DNA of 64,000 nucleotides from the human T2T-CHM13v2.0 reference genome, Homo sapiens. The notes beneath the pieces were generated by a model. It had not been told where the DNA came from, did not search any database, and saw nothing but the letters and a program-made list of their open reading frames with translations. Made by a program: the position numbers and the translations under genes. This document shows positions 1-12,307 of the stretch, piece by piece. The first letter of the stretch is position 1, and every line of letters starts with the position of its first letter. The DNA lies in the NCBI RefSeq assembly GCF_009914755.1, contig NC_060927.1, one strand, 5' to 3'.

Positions 1-817
1 AAAACTAATTTAAATAAGTCGTCTTCAAAATTCTGTAAAAATATGCCTCTCATGCCAACATAGTATCTCATGGGAATTGAAAAAAATGTTATGTTTATTT
101 TCTACTAGACTGTTAAGCATCTCCAGGGAAGGGCCATACTCATCTTTTTAACTGTCAGCACTTATCTCTTATGAGTACATTCCATGACCAAATTTCACAT
201 AAGGCAGTGTACTATGCCCTGCAAGTTACAAGGAGCACCTTTTGTTGTTGTTGTTTTTTTTTTAAATGTCAATGATTGGTGATAATCCACATTCTAAACT
301 TGTCCCAGGGTACATTATATAGGCTAAACTTCCATTTGCTGTGAAGGGACTCTAGACAATTCTATGTAGGGAAGAAAGGTTTGGCAAGAAAAGACCAAGC
401 TAGTAGGTACTGAGCAGTTGTGGAAGTTACACTTGAAGGAGTTAGCACTGTTGTAACTATAACAAAGCAAGTAAGACAATCAGGAAACTTGCAGATAATT
501 GTAACCAAGGTCATACAGATTTGCTTATATGTAAAACAAACTGAATCAAGTCCCCCTAGTACATCATCTGGGGAAGAACTGTTAATCAGAAACTAAAATG
601 ATGAAGGAAAGAATTTACTCTTTGGATCCTGATGCAAAAGGTCAAGTTGTGAAGTAGGTCACTCATTTGTCTGATGATATGATCTCTAGCTGTCACCAGA
701 GCGGAGCTAGTCTGTTTTTAAACTGTAGCATGAAAAAGGCCATTTAGAATGAGATAAGCTACATTGAGTCCAGGGACACAAGCTACGTATGATGGAATCA
801 GAACCTCTACAATGTTA

Positions 818-1122
818 GGTTGGGCACAGTGGCTCACGCCTGTAATCCCAGCACTTTGGGAGGCCGAGGTGGGAGGATCACCTGAGGCCAGAAGTTCGAG
901 AAGAGGCCGGTCAACATGGTGAAACCCCGTCTCCACTAAAAGTACAAAAAATAGCTGGGCATGGTGGTGCCTGTCTGTAATCCCAGCTACTCAGGAGGCC
1001 GAGACAGAATTGCTTGAATCTAGGTGGCGGAGATTGCAGTGAGCCGAGATTGCGCCACTGTGCTCCATCCTGGGTGATAGAATGAAAGACTCCGTCTCAA
1101 AAAGAAAAAGAAAAAAAAAAAA
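818..1122 (+). mobile_element. AluS
   Basis: Full dimer, A tail, TSD AGAACCTCTACAATGTTA. Confidence 0.93.
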
Positions 1123-1673
1123 AGAACCTCTACAATGTTAGATTGTTTCTGCTGTATAAATTCTGAACTTGTATCTGTTTTGCACTCCCTTTCCCACTTG
1201 TAAGTCTCAGTTCTCCTATGGGAATTAAGGCTTTTTGTTTGTACTGGAGCCAATGTTAGAGAAAACAAGTCAATGTAGGGAATTCAAAATTAAGGTAAAA
1301 TCAAGATCCTTGAAGGAGCTGATTCATTTTAGTAAATAGGATGACCTGCACTTAGACATGAATTCTGCTTAAACTAGAATTTTACTTACCTTTATTTAAA
1401 GAAGTCACAGATATTTTTTGCCTTGCTCACTGCTGTATCCCTAGAGTTCAGAATAGTAGGCACCCAGTAAATCTGCAGAAACAATGTACAACTTTTATAT
1501 CCACTAAAGGAAGATCGTTTCTTACTTAGGAAAGTGATAAGAATGAAGGATGTTATAAAATTGTTTTAAAGGTGCTATAACAAAGCCTTCATCTTACTAA
1601 GAGAACTGGGATTTACTGTTTGTGTATTCAAATTTCACCTGCATAAGCAATTACACATATAGTACCTGACAGT

Positions 1674-1679
1674 TTTATT
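1674..1679 (-). terminator. Candidate distal poly(A) signal of NAA50
   Basis: AATAAA on minus strand followed by GU/U-rich sequence. Confidence 0.55.
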
Positions 1680-2254
1680 ATACTTTAGGGGAAGAGATGG
1701 CTAGTGACAAGGAGAATTCAAGATTGTTCAAATCTTTACAGAAGATTTTTGATACTAGCAAATGTTTCTCAAAGATAAACTAGACAAGTTCAGTATGGAC
1801 AAAGAAACAAAGAAAAGCATTATAATCAGATGTCCTACGAAAGCTACAGTGATTCAACATGTGCTTTAATTTATACTGCTTAGATCCTTTGAGTTCAGAT
1901 GTCTTGAGTTTTTGAGGACAGTAAAACAAGTAAAACTGGGATGAAATTAAAGCTATGTGGCAAATTAGTTTCAGTTAAATCAGGAATATCTAATACAAAG
2001 CTTACAAACTCCAAAATAGTTCAGCCAATAGAGTAACTTCCCAAATGCTGGATTTAAGCTTTCATCACAAATTTAAAAAGGTAATAATTCTTCTAGATCT
2101 CAACTCTAGGCTGTTAACAAGTAGCAACTCCTTCATATTAACTTTCTGCTCCCAACTATTTCTGAATCAGATCTTGCTGCTATTTTTTTCTTATTCTAGA
2201 AGCTACTGAGCAAGGAAAATACCTTGATTCATTCTAGATAGAAAACATTTTACT

Positions 2255-2550
2255 GGCCAGGCGCCATGGCTCGCCTGTAATCCTAGCACTTTGGGAGGCT
2301 GCCCCAGGAGGATTGCCTAAGCTCAGGAGTTTGAGACCAGCCTGGGCAACACGGTGAAACCCCCATCTCTACTAAAATACAAAAAATTAGCCAGGCGTGG
2401 TGGCATGCGCTTTCTAGTCGCAGCTACTTGGGAGGCTCAGGCAGAATTGCTTGAATCTGGGAGGCGGAGTTTGCAGTGAGCCAAGATCGCGCCACTGCAC
2501 TCCAGCCTGGGCGACAGAGCGAGACTCTGTCTCCAAAACAAAAACAAAAA
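2255..2550 (+). mobile_element. AluS within putative NAA50 distal 3' UTR (antisense to mRNA)
   Basis: Full dimer, TSD AAAACATTTTAC. Confidence 0.92.
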
Positions 2551-3118
2551 CATTTTACCTAAGAAATCAAGTATCTTAAATTTTGGAGAACTGAAAAGGT
2601 TGAGAATTTCTGCCCCAGTAACAGATCGTTCTCTGACTTAAATAATTCTCAATGTTCTACCAAGTTAACAACACACATTAAGAAATCTGACTCAAGCTCT
2701 TTTTCCCATGTGACTATGTTACTTGGCTGTATCATAAACTAGGACTAAGTTCCTACAGTTCAGTCTTGCAAGGGAGAACCAATTCAGGACACTGCCATAG
2801 AAAATATTTACTCCCTGAAAAACTTCTATAGGCTTACTGTTCCTATTTGTGACTGTAGTATCCAATTTCCCAGAAATATTCAAATCAGTGAGAACAGCAT
2901 CAGTCTGAGACAGACTAGTCTCCCCTCCCCACTGAAAACCCAACCACAAGAGCACAGCCTTTAGACCCACTATTTCTTTTATATCCCGAATAACTGTAAA
3001 GTGCAGTGCTTTATAACCCTCATTTAGAAAACTACTCCTTTTAGAGACTAATAAAACACAACCTAACCAAAACTACCCTGACCTTGGGAGTCAACGAAGC
3101 CCAGCATCTTCTCTGAGC

Positions 3119-3641
3119 AGTGATAGCCAGTCTCCTAGAGGGCCCAATGATATCCACCTCCCAGTATTCACATCCTTGTGCAGTCCCCTCCCACACTATA
3201 CCAAGCTGATTCAATGGTTGGTCTGTGTGACTCATGGAATATGGCAGAAATAATGTCACCTGAGGCTACGTCATAAAAAAGTATGGTTTCTGCTCACTTT
3301 CTTATATCACCTGCTCTAGGGGAAGCCACATACCAGTTGTCCACCAGGCAACTGGTGCCCAAGGAACTGAAGCCCAAGAGCCACGTGAGCATCAGGCACT
3401 GTGTGTGATACCCACACAGTGAGGAACAGAAGCCCAAGAGCCACGTAAGCAAGACATCTTGGAAATGGCTCCTCTAGCCTTGTCAAGCTTCAAGATGGTA
3501 CAGTCCTGGCTAACAGCTTGACTGCAACCTTCTGAGATCTCAAGACAGAACCACCCAGTTAAGCAGCTCCTAGATTCCTGATCCAGAACTGTGGAAGGTA
3601 ATACTTGTTTGTTGTTTTAAACTACAGTAATAACTGAGACA
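3119..3641 (+). mobile_element. MaLR LTR (MLT1F-like)
   Basis: Diagnostic segments CTTGACTGCAACCTTCTGAGA and CCACCCAGTTAAGCAGCTCCTAGATTCCTGA..TTGTTGTTTTAA. Confidence 0.7.
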
Positions 3642-4211
3642 CACTAGACAAGGATCACTCATTGCTTCTTAAATGAAAAAAGCAAAAATCTAATTATAAC
3701 AATTTTGACTAGAAATATTAAATACTGAATTCTGTTAAAGAAAAAATCTTAAATTCATGTTTGATAAAAAGCTTAAAAGCCAATTCCCAACTCATTGAAC
3801 TACCGTACTCCTTCCTTACAAGGAAGAAAAACAAAACACCTGAATATGTTGTCTGTAGCCAATAAACATTACTAACTAGATTGCAGCCTAAAGTGTCAAG
3901 TATTTCTAATAATTACATTAAAAATACAGCAGCAAGACAGTTCCTTGGATCTTACTTTTTCCCTCTCATTGGAACTGAATTGTAGATATTGGGCACTGTA
4001 CCTAGCAAGTCACAGAAGATCTGAATTAGGATGCCTTAATTACACTTGGCCTATTTTAATGATTTTAAAATTAGATCTTAAATGTGAAAGTAAATAAAAG
4101 CAGTAAGGGAAACACTACACAATGAGTATGTACGGTTGCTGGCTGCAGAATTCAACAATACAGTTTTGACATTTACAGATATCACAGATCACTACCAGAA
4201 CATCACATAAG

Positions 4212-4217
4212 TTTATT
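4212..4217 (-). terminator. Candidate proximal poly(A) signal of NAA50
   Basis: AATAAA on minus strand with GU-rich downstream sequence (TGTGATGTTCTGGTAGTGATCTGTG). Confidence 0.5.
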
Positions 4218-6959
4218 TCAGATGTAACAGCAATGTTAAAATTGACAAGTTTAATTCTTAACTGCACCAAGTAAACTTAGCCATTTAAGTATTTTTTTAA
4301 GTTATTCCCTCCAAAAAACTGAGGGAGCTTTTCTTTTCCACCACCACACCATGGTTTCCCAATAGTTCTCTTTTTGGAGGACTTTTCAATTGATGAGTAA
4401 ACTGCTTTAGATATTTCAGAACTTCATTCCCCAAATGAAAGCTAATCTGGACAAACTATATATTGCATAGATTTCTCTACAGATTCTTTGCTTTAAAACC
4501 TAAATGCAACTAACATAGTGTAATTTTAACCTATTTGCCCCACAGTAAAAACTATCTGTCCTGAAAAATATGATGGATATATCCTGTGATTTTCCAGTTA
4601 ACAGAATTGTTCTACTTCAAAGATAATTATTATCATATATCAAAATAACCAGCTCAACATAGGACATTACTTCAGTCTTTACTGACTCATAGGCATATGA
4701 ACTTGTGCCCAGCTTTTTACCTCTTCCACATTCTCCTCCTCCTCCATAAGTGGATGGAATTATTTAACTAAGTTTGATGTAGGACAATTAACCCTTTACA
4801 AACATTTACAATTCAGGTTAAGTCACTGACTACCGTGGAAAAAGAAACTCTATATATAATGATAGGGAGCCTACACACTCAATTCAAAATTTAATATTTT
4901 TTCCTCCTTAAATAACATGTACTTGTCATGAGGCAGCTATTAGGTTTTCAATAACCACATTTAGGGATACATTCATAGGACTGATTAGATAGTCCAGGTG
5001 AAATGGTTATAGAAATAGAGGCAGTGTCATCTCAGAAAACCATTTATATATCAAAGTCTATTTTGATATCTGGGAAGTTTACAAAAAGGCTGCTGCATTC
5101 TTCAAACTACTTATGCCTTCTGTAACTCAAGCACTCTTCTCTTGCCAAGAGCAAGCTGAAGCTTATTCATGAAGATAAAGGTGCTTAACGCTAAACTTTT
5201 CTTCTAAGCTTAGATTTGGATTGTTTAAGAAACGAATACCCCCAAAAAACCAGCAAGGTCTTTCTACATTTTTACCATCTTAAGATTAGAACCCTATAAA
5301 CTCATTCATCAACTGTCTTCTTTTTCTGTATTATTCTTGGCACTCAAGATTGTTGAAGTCTACTGCACTTTGTACTTTCACATTCTCAAATAAAAACTTA
5401 AGGTTATAAAGTGTGCATAAACATTTTATAAAATAATTTTGTCATTTAACATATTTGGAAATGAGACTTTATACCGCAATTTTACATAAGAGGATAAATA
5501 TGAATGAAACTTCCTTTTAAAGTCAAATGACAGAAAGCTCAAGCCCTGTGCATTATTTTAAAGTCTGAGAACATTTCTAAATAGTGGAGATGGGACTACA
5601 AAAGGAAAACATGAATATTTCAGATGTCTCCCATCTTACAAAGTTATCAATCTGTCAAAGCCACTCCGTGTGTGCCGGAAAATGATCTGGCATAAACCAG
5701 TCCTCTCAGTGGAGGAGGTCACAGTGACATTTGTATTATTAACATTTTACACTTCTATTTTTCCAAGAATAGAAGCAATATGTTTAATAATTACCCCTGC
5801 CTCAAATCCTTAAACTCAATATCACAGGCACTGAGTATAAGCAAATCTGGGATGTCCTCCAACAGATGTGCAATAGCACAGCTATGTTATTCTCAAAAAT
5901 ACTATTTTTTCCTATAAAATCAAATGCTCAGTGGCCACACTTTTAACAGCTGGCATTAGATGACAGTAATTGAATTTTTTGTGTCACAGCCCATCTAAGC
6001 TTCCTTTTAGGTATTTTTTAGTATGTCCAAGAGAAAACACCTGCTTCAGGTTTATTTAGGGGTAGTGACCTATAAGGACATCAACTCAATTTTTAAGGTT
6101 AGACTATTGTTGGGTTTACTGAAGAAAAAGGAACGGGAAAAAATTAAATCACAACACACCTCTTTAGGTCAGTTAAAGGCCATATCTCTAGCTGGGATAT
6201 TAAAAAAAATTAATCTCACCAGCCCAAATTCTAAAAGTTAATGCCACTAGTAACAATCAACAGCAGGAAAAACAAACCTGCTAACAACCAGCCCACTCAT
6301 TAGCAAAAAAGCAGTTTAACTCAAATACTTAGACCAAAGTATAACACTAAACCAAACTGCCCCACCCACCAGCAAGAAGAGAAGATATAATTACTTAAAA
6401 ATCAACATAAGCTTAGTATTTCTTACAAGGATAACAATGTTCCAACTCCCGAGAGAGTGCTCAGAAGGACTAAAGGTGGAGTGAAGGCAATGTCTAGGGA
6501 TTAGTATCCCAAAGTGTTTAAAAACCCAAAGTACCACAAACACACTCAACTTGTCTATGAATTAGAGAACAAGATACTGCTGCTGCTTCTTTTTGTCTTT
6601 TGAAATATACAATGTTTTGTAGGCTCTGCCCTTCAATGTGAAAGCAGGACATTAAATTTGAAATTATTTGACAATTAAATGTTTAGGACCATCTAACTTC
6701 AACTGCAAAACTAAACAGATCTACCTTGTCCTTCCTTCAAACCACCTCACAAAAATAAGAGAAAACAATTCAAACATGATTATTTTTTTAAAGTCCTTGA
6801 AAGTATTAAAACTCTCAGAGAAAAGGAAAGGAAGAAAGAAAAACAAGAACAAGGAGGGAGAAAAGCTTTAAAAGAAAAGTGTTGGGGTGGGGGAGGAATC
6901 AATGGGCCTCTCTTTTATTTGGCGACAAGCAAGTGCAAGAAAGTTCATTTGTAATTTGT

Positions 6960-7137
6960 TCAGTTGTCTGTCTTTTGCACATCTGCATTCTGACCAGAAG
7001 GAACTTTGAGGTTTTTCTGCAGCACATGAGCATCTGCGGGCTCTATCCTCTTATAGTAGTTCTTCTTTGTCTCAATAATCTCAAAGCCAAACTTCCTGTA
7101 GAAGTCAATTGCCGACTCATTGCTGATCTGGACATGC
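6960..7137 (-). CDS. NAA50: NAA50 coding exon 5 to stop (178 nt)
   Basis: HVQISNESAIDFYRKFGFEIIETKKNYYKRIEPADAHVLQKNLKVPSGQNADVQKTDN-TGA; exon sum 8+137+120+67+178=510 nt. Confidence 0.96.
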
Positions 7138-8105
7138 CTGAGATATAAGAGAGTATCAGAAAAAAAATTAAAATTAAGGTTTCATCAAGTTTTAAGCATT
7201 CTCCACAGATAGCTCCAAACATCTGTTACATTCTCTTTACAACTACCAGTAATCAACAAGGGTTAGGCATGCTTACCTAAAACCTTTTGATGACAATTTT
7301 ACACTTTTAATCTAATTTTTACATTTGTAAGACAGCTGGCTGAGATTAGAAGGCTCAGTGTTTATTCTTGTAGTCAACAAAGGGAAAAGTACCACAGCTA
7401 TCAAAATTTTTTCACTGTAAGAGGATAAATTATTAAAAGGCCCTATTAACACACAGAAAAAAAATGATGAAAAATAAAAAACTAGGGTCTCAAAGCTTGA
7501 AGATATATCTTCCTTCTGATTGATAAAATACATGGTATGTTTTAAAAATTAAAAACGCAAGCTTTCTCAATTACTCCCAAAATAACACTGTATAATTCAA
7601 TCTCTCACATGGCCAAACTAAATTATGAACATCCATGACTGTGATCTTAGTCATAACTCTTTATCTACAGCCTCTTGAGATTCAAGTACAATCTCAGCTA
7701 GGTAATCTCTGATTTTGATTATTAAACTCTACTACAAATGATCTACTACAATGTTCAAAGCTATCAACATAGCCTTGAACAAAACACACAAGGTTTTGCA
7801 TGAGAAAAGTAGTATTAATAGTCTTGAATTCTGAAGGCCTGAGTTTTAATCCTGATTTCATCCCTGTGACTTTGGTGCTCTCATCCTAATATAATAAAGC
7901 AATGTGTTCTATCTCAGGTTCCTAATCTACTATTATTAATAAAACAAAACTAAACAAAACTAACAACTACTCGAATACTTTGTAACAACTACTTCCACAG
8001 TGTTTCCAAAGGCACAATAAGTGACCAGATTTTAAAGTTTCTAGTAAAGATTTCTCCTGCCAATTAAACCCCTTTGATAAGAACATTAAATATTATTTTA
8101 CTTAC

Positions 8106-8172
8106 AGATAAATGTTGTCAAAAGTACCATCTTTTTCACAGATGTTTAAGACATGATTTAACATTTTAGTTC
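8106..8172 (-). CDS. NAA50: NAA50 coding exon 4 (67 nt)
   Basis: GTKMLNHVLNICEKDGTFDNIYL; acceptor aacag, donor CT|GTAAGT. Confidence 0.96.
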
Positions 8173-8621
8173 CTGTTAATAAAATAAATAACAAACACGT
8201 GACTTCATAAATCAACCTTTAAATTATGTATCTATCCACTTGCCATCTGAACTACTTATTGAGTCCTAAAAGAATTTATGAGGTATACACTAGATATCCT
8301 TATTTTCCAAAGTTGTGTTCTCTCTCTACAATAGCTACGTATGTTTAAAACTGTTAGCAGAAGACTAACCTTTTTAAACAAGCACTTCCGGGTAGAAGAA
8401 AAACAGAAAAAGCAGAAGGGGACGTAAACAGCAAATCTATGTAGGGCTTCCAATAGAATTATGTTAATAAACACTAGTTATTTTTCACCATATTTTACAT
8501 AATTCAGTAACCCTTTCTCAGTATTCCTTAAAAAGACCCAAATTAACTTACTAGGTCAGACACATTAACAAATAATATGTTTATGCTTCTCTGAAGAAGT
8601 AAAAAAACCACAATTTTTTAC

Positions 8622-8741
8622 CTATTCCTAGCCTTCGGTAAGGTGCCAGACATCCTAGTGTCATGATGTAAAGTCTCTTCTGATTCTGTGAATGATCCAC
8701 CCTACAGCATACTGCACCTACAGCAATATCATTGAAATAGG
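8622..8741 (-). CDS. NAA50: NAA50 coding exon 3 (120 nt)
   Basis: AYFNDIAVGAVCCRVDHSQNQKRLYIMTLGCLAPYRRLGI; GNAT acetyl-CoA motif RRLGIG spans exon 3/4; AG/GT boundaries. Confidence 0.96.
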
Positions 8742-9158
8742 CTGCCAAGGAAAACATAAAGATATAATGTTGAACAGACAGAATAACACATTTAATCTTT
8801 TTCCCTTTTAAAGGACTACACTGTTCCTATCAACATTAAATTTCATCAACTATTTCATGAATATCAATGATCTCAAAGCTCTTATGCCATCTTAGGAAGT
8901 TTAAGCCTCCTCTAGAGTATAGCTTAAAGTGAAAACACACAGGTATACACTAAGAACACTAAGCATTTCTTTTTAAAATTCAACTGTTTTATTCAACTGA
9001 TTTCTCTGAGATTTTTCTCACAACCTAGACCACTCCCATTTCCTCACTTATAAAATAAACAAACTAAATTAGTTAACTTCTTCTGCTCTATAAAAAACTA
9101 GGGTTCAAGAACAAAAAGAAAGAAAAGAAGGGAGGACAAAAAAAAAACTATATTATAC

Positions 9159-9295
9159 CAAGTTTTGCTAGCTCGCCAACCTCCAGCACATCCTTGTAGA
9201 ACTTGTCATTGTAGCTGACTGGAAAGATGACCTGATTCAATCTTTTCAACTGTTTAATATTGTGTGGTGTCACATCTCCCAGCTCGATCCGGCTA
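9159..9295 (-). CDS. NAA50: NAA50 coding exon 2 (137 nt)
   Basis: Translates SRIELGDVTPHNIKQLKRLNQVIFPVSYNDKFYKDVLEVGELAKL; acceptor ttccag at 9297-9296, donor G|GTATAA. Confidence 0.96.
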
Positions 9296-9892
9296 CTGGA
9301 ACAAATCAAAATGTACTCAATAAAACATAATTAGCCCCATTTGTTAATATGAACATATGAAAGGGGTACCAAGTCTTTTTTACATGATTGATAAATCCAA
9401 CTCTTTCAGAGTTGATTTATAAGCAAATTATCATTTATAAGCAAATTTTGACAGTCATTCAATACAAATTCTACTCATAGCTTTCATATAATTACATACA
9501 TTCAGGGACAAATATGGTACACAACGACTACTACAAAGGCCAGAATAACATTCTGCAAGTGTCAAAATTTTCCTTGTAGTTCATAGTTCAGAAAAATTTA
9601 GATACACCTATTTCTGGTAAAATTACAGTTCCTTTGCCCAAGTATCTTATTACTTCTAGTAATTTATTCTAAGAAAACAATGGAGGTATGCAATACCATG
9701 CACATTCTATTCATGAAAACCGTGGTCTATGAACTACCTACATCAGAGTCACAGAGGTGATATGCAAAATTCACATTCCTGGATACACATACCCCATTTT
9801 CAGAACCAGAGTTGCTGGAAACGAAACAAAGGAATCCACCATCTTGAAAATCACCCCAGGATGAAAACTATCCATTAAGAAAGCAACAGGAG

Positions 9893-10246
9893 TGATATGG
9901 TTTGGCTGTGTCCCCATCCAAATTTCATCTTGTAGTTCCCATAATTCCCATGTTGTGAGAGGGACCCGGCGAATCATGGGGGCGGTTGCCCTCATGCTGT
10001 TCTCGTGATAGTGAGTTCTCACAAGATCTGATGGTTTTATAAGGAGGCTTTCCTTCACTTCGCTCTCATTTCTCCTTCCTGCCACCATGTGAAGAATGAT
10101 GTGTTTGCTTCCCCTTCCACCATGTTTATAGGTTTCCTGAGACCTCCCTATCCCTGCGCAACTGTGAGTCAATTAAACCTCTTTCCTTTATAAATTACCC
10201 AGTCTCGGGTATGTCTTTATTAGCAGCATGAGAAAGGACTAATAAA
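9893..10246 (+). mobile_element. THE1 (THE1C/D-like) solo LTR
   Basis: TGATATGGTTTGGCTGTGTCCCC start, ATTAAACCTCTTTCCTTTATAAATTACCCAGTCTCGGG end; 5-bp TSD AGGAG (9888-9892, 10247-10251). Confidence 0.92.
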
Positions 10247-10690
10247 AGGAGCATTCCTAAGAAACCACTTGTAATCAAAACAATTGGGTCCATGGAAAAG
10301 ATTAAAGCGAAAAATTTTCAGTTCCAATTTCTAACAAAGTATCAAAGGTATTCTGCCTGCAGAGCTGTAAACAAAGAATTTTTAATAGCTGAAGTGAACT
10401 TCAATACTGTTAAAGGTGGATCAAATGTGATAAGGCAAACCTGACAGCATTCTACAATTTTTTTGCTCCATCCGTATTATTTGCCCAAAAAGATGTTGTA
10501 GCATATTGTGTTTTGTAGAGAAAAAGCACATTTCAACTATATTTAACAACGGACTTTTGTTAACATATACAAAAACATGCTTGAAAGGATTTTAATTTGT
10601 AGTAGAAATTGTAATTTTAAAAACTGTATTTTGAAATGTTAAAATTTAGATTAAAATGCAAAAAAACAAAAACAGAAACAAAAAAAAACA

Positions 10691-11007
<317 letters not shown>

Positions 11008-11702
11008 CTAAATTTGATTTATCTGGAGAGGAATATGATGTAATATTTTATCTTATAGTACAAAGTTCTCTAAGATGTATTACTCTATAATGCCCAGTTT
11101 GGAGAACATTCTACTTGGTAAGGAGTTAGAGGCAAAAACAAGAGACTTTTACCCCCTATTTAAGTAGTCTGTATGAAGAACACAAAAGACAGCATAAAGC
11201 ATCGTTTCTGTCATACTTAGCAGTTTTGAAAGGCTTAGCTCATTTGGAACTTTATCCTTCCTGCCTTGATTATTTTTTATACCACTAATCTGTATTATTT
11301 GTTGCAACCAATGATCTTTTCATGTCTTGTATGTCTTCCTAAAATCTGAACATAGTTTCTTAGCAACCACACAGATTAAATAAACAAACATGTTAGTAAA
11401 AGGGTAAGAGATTTATATATTTAAAAAACCCCTCAGCACCATAGGAAGTTTAAAAAAGTAAAAATAAAAAAATAGACATTTTCTTGTTATAGTCTCTTCC
11501 AACTTCTAGTCACTTAAGTATAGTCTTTTCTCATCCCAAGTATTTGACAACTATAATGAATTCCCTGTATGAAATTCATGTTTTCTTTAAGTAGATTACA
11601 TCTCATTCACAGAACTCCCCCTCTTCATAACACTTTTCTGACTAAAATCTACTGGGCTCACTTTCCCCACTATCTACCATTCACATAAAAAAAAAAAAAA
11701 AT

Positions 11703-11975
11703 TGGGAGGCCAAGGTGGGCAGATCATAAGGTCAAGAGTTTGAGACCAGCCTGGCCAATATGGTGAAACTCTGTCTCTACTAAAAATACAAAAATTAGCC
11801 CGGTGTGGTGGCACGTGCCTGTAGTCACAGCTACCCGGGAGGCTGAGGCAGAAGAATCACTGGAACCCAGGAGGCAGAGGTTGCAGTGAGCCAAGATCGC
11901 ACCACTGTACTCCAGCCTGGGCGAGAGAGCAAGACTCCGCCTCAAAAAAAAAAAAAAGAAAGAAAGAAAGAAAAA
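11703..11975 (+). mobile_element. 5'-truncated AluS
   Basis: Starts TGGGAGGCC; A/(GAAA)n tail. Confidence 0.9.
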
Positions 11976-12012
11976 TCTGTGGATACTGTTATCCTGTAAA
12001 CTATAGAATCCT

Positions 12013-12307
<295 letters not shown>

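Larger units (their letters stand above)
1655..6959 (-). other. NAA50: NAA50 long 3' UTR (distal end inferred)
   Basis: Follows stop codon; mostly repeat-poor AT-rich sequence; minus-strand AATAAA at 6056-6051, 4217-4212 and 1679-1674. Confidence 0.65.

Noticed and set aside
6879-7148. 89-aa plus-strand ORF over NAA50 exon 5
   Set aside because: Antisense shadow of the real coding exon; no ATG start or other support.
8106-9295. Alu-driven circRNA of NAA50 exons 2-4
   Set aside because: The downstream intron (7138-8105) has no Alu to pair with intron 1 Alus, so the sequence gives no specific support.
9771-10172. 133-aa minus-strand ORF
   Set aside because: Mostly the antisense reading of the THE1 LTR; non-ATG start.
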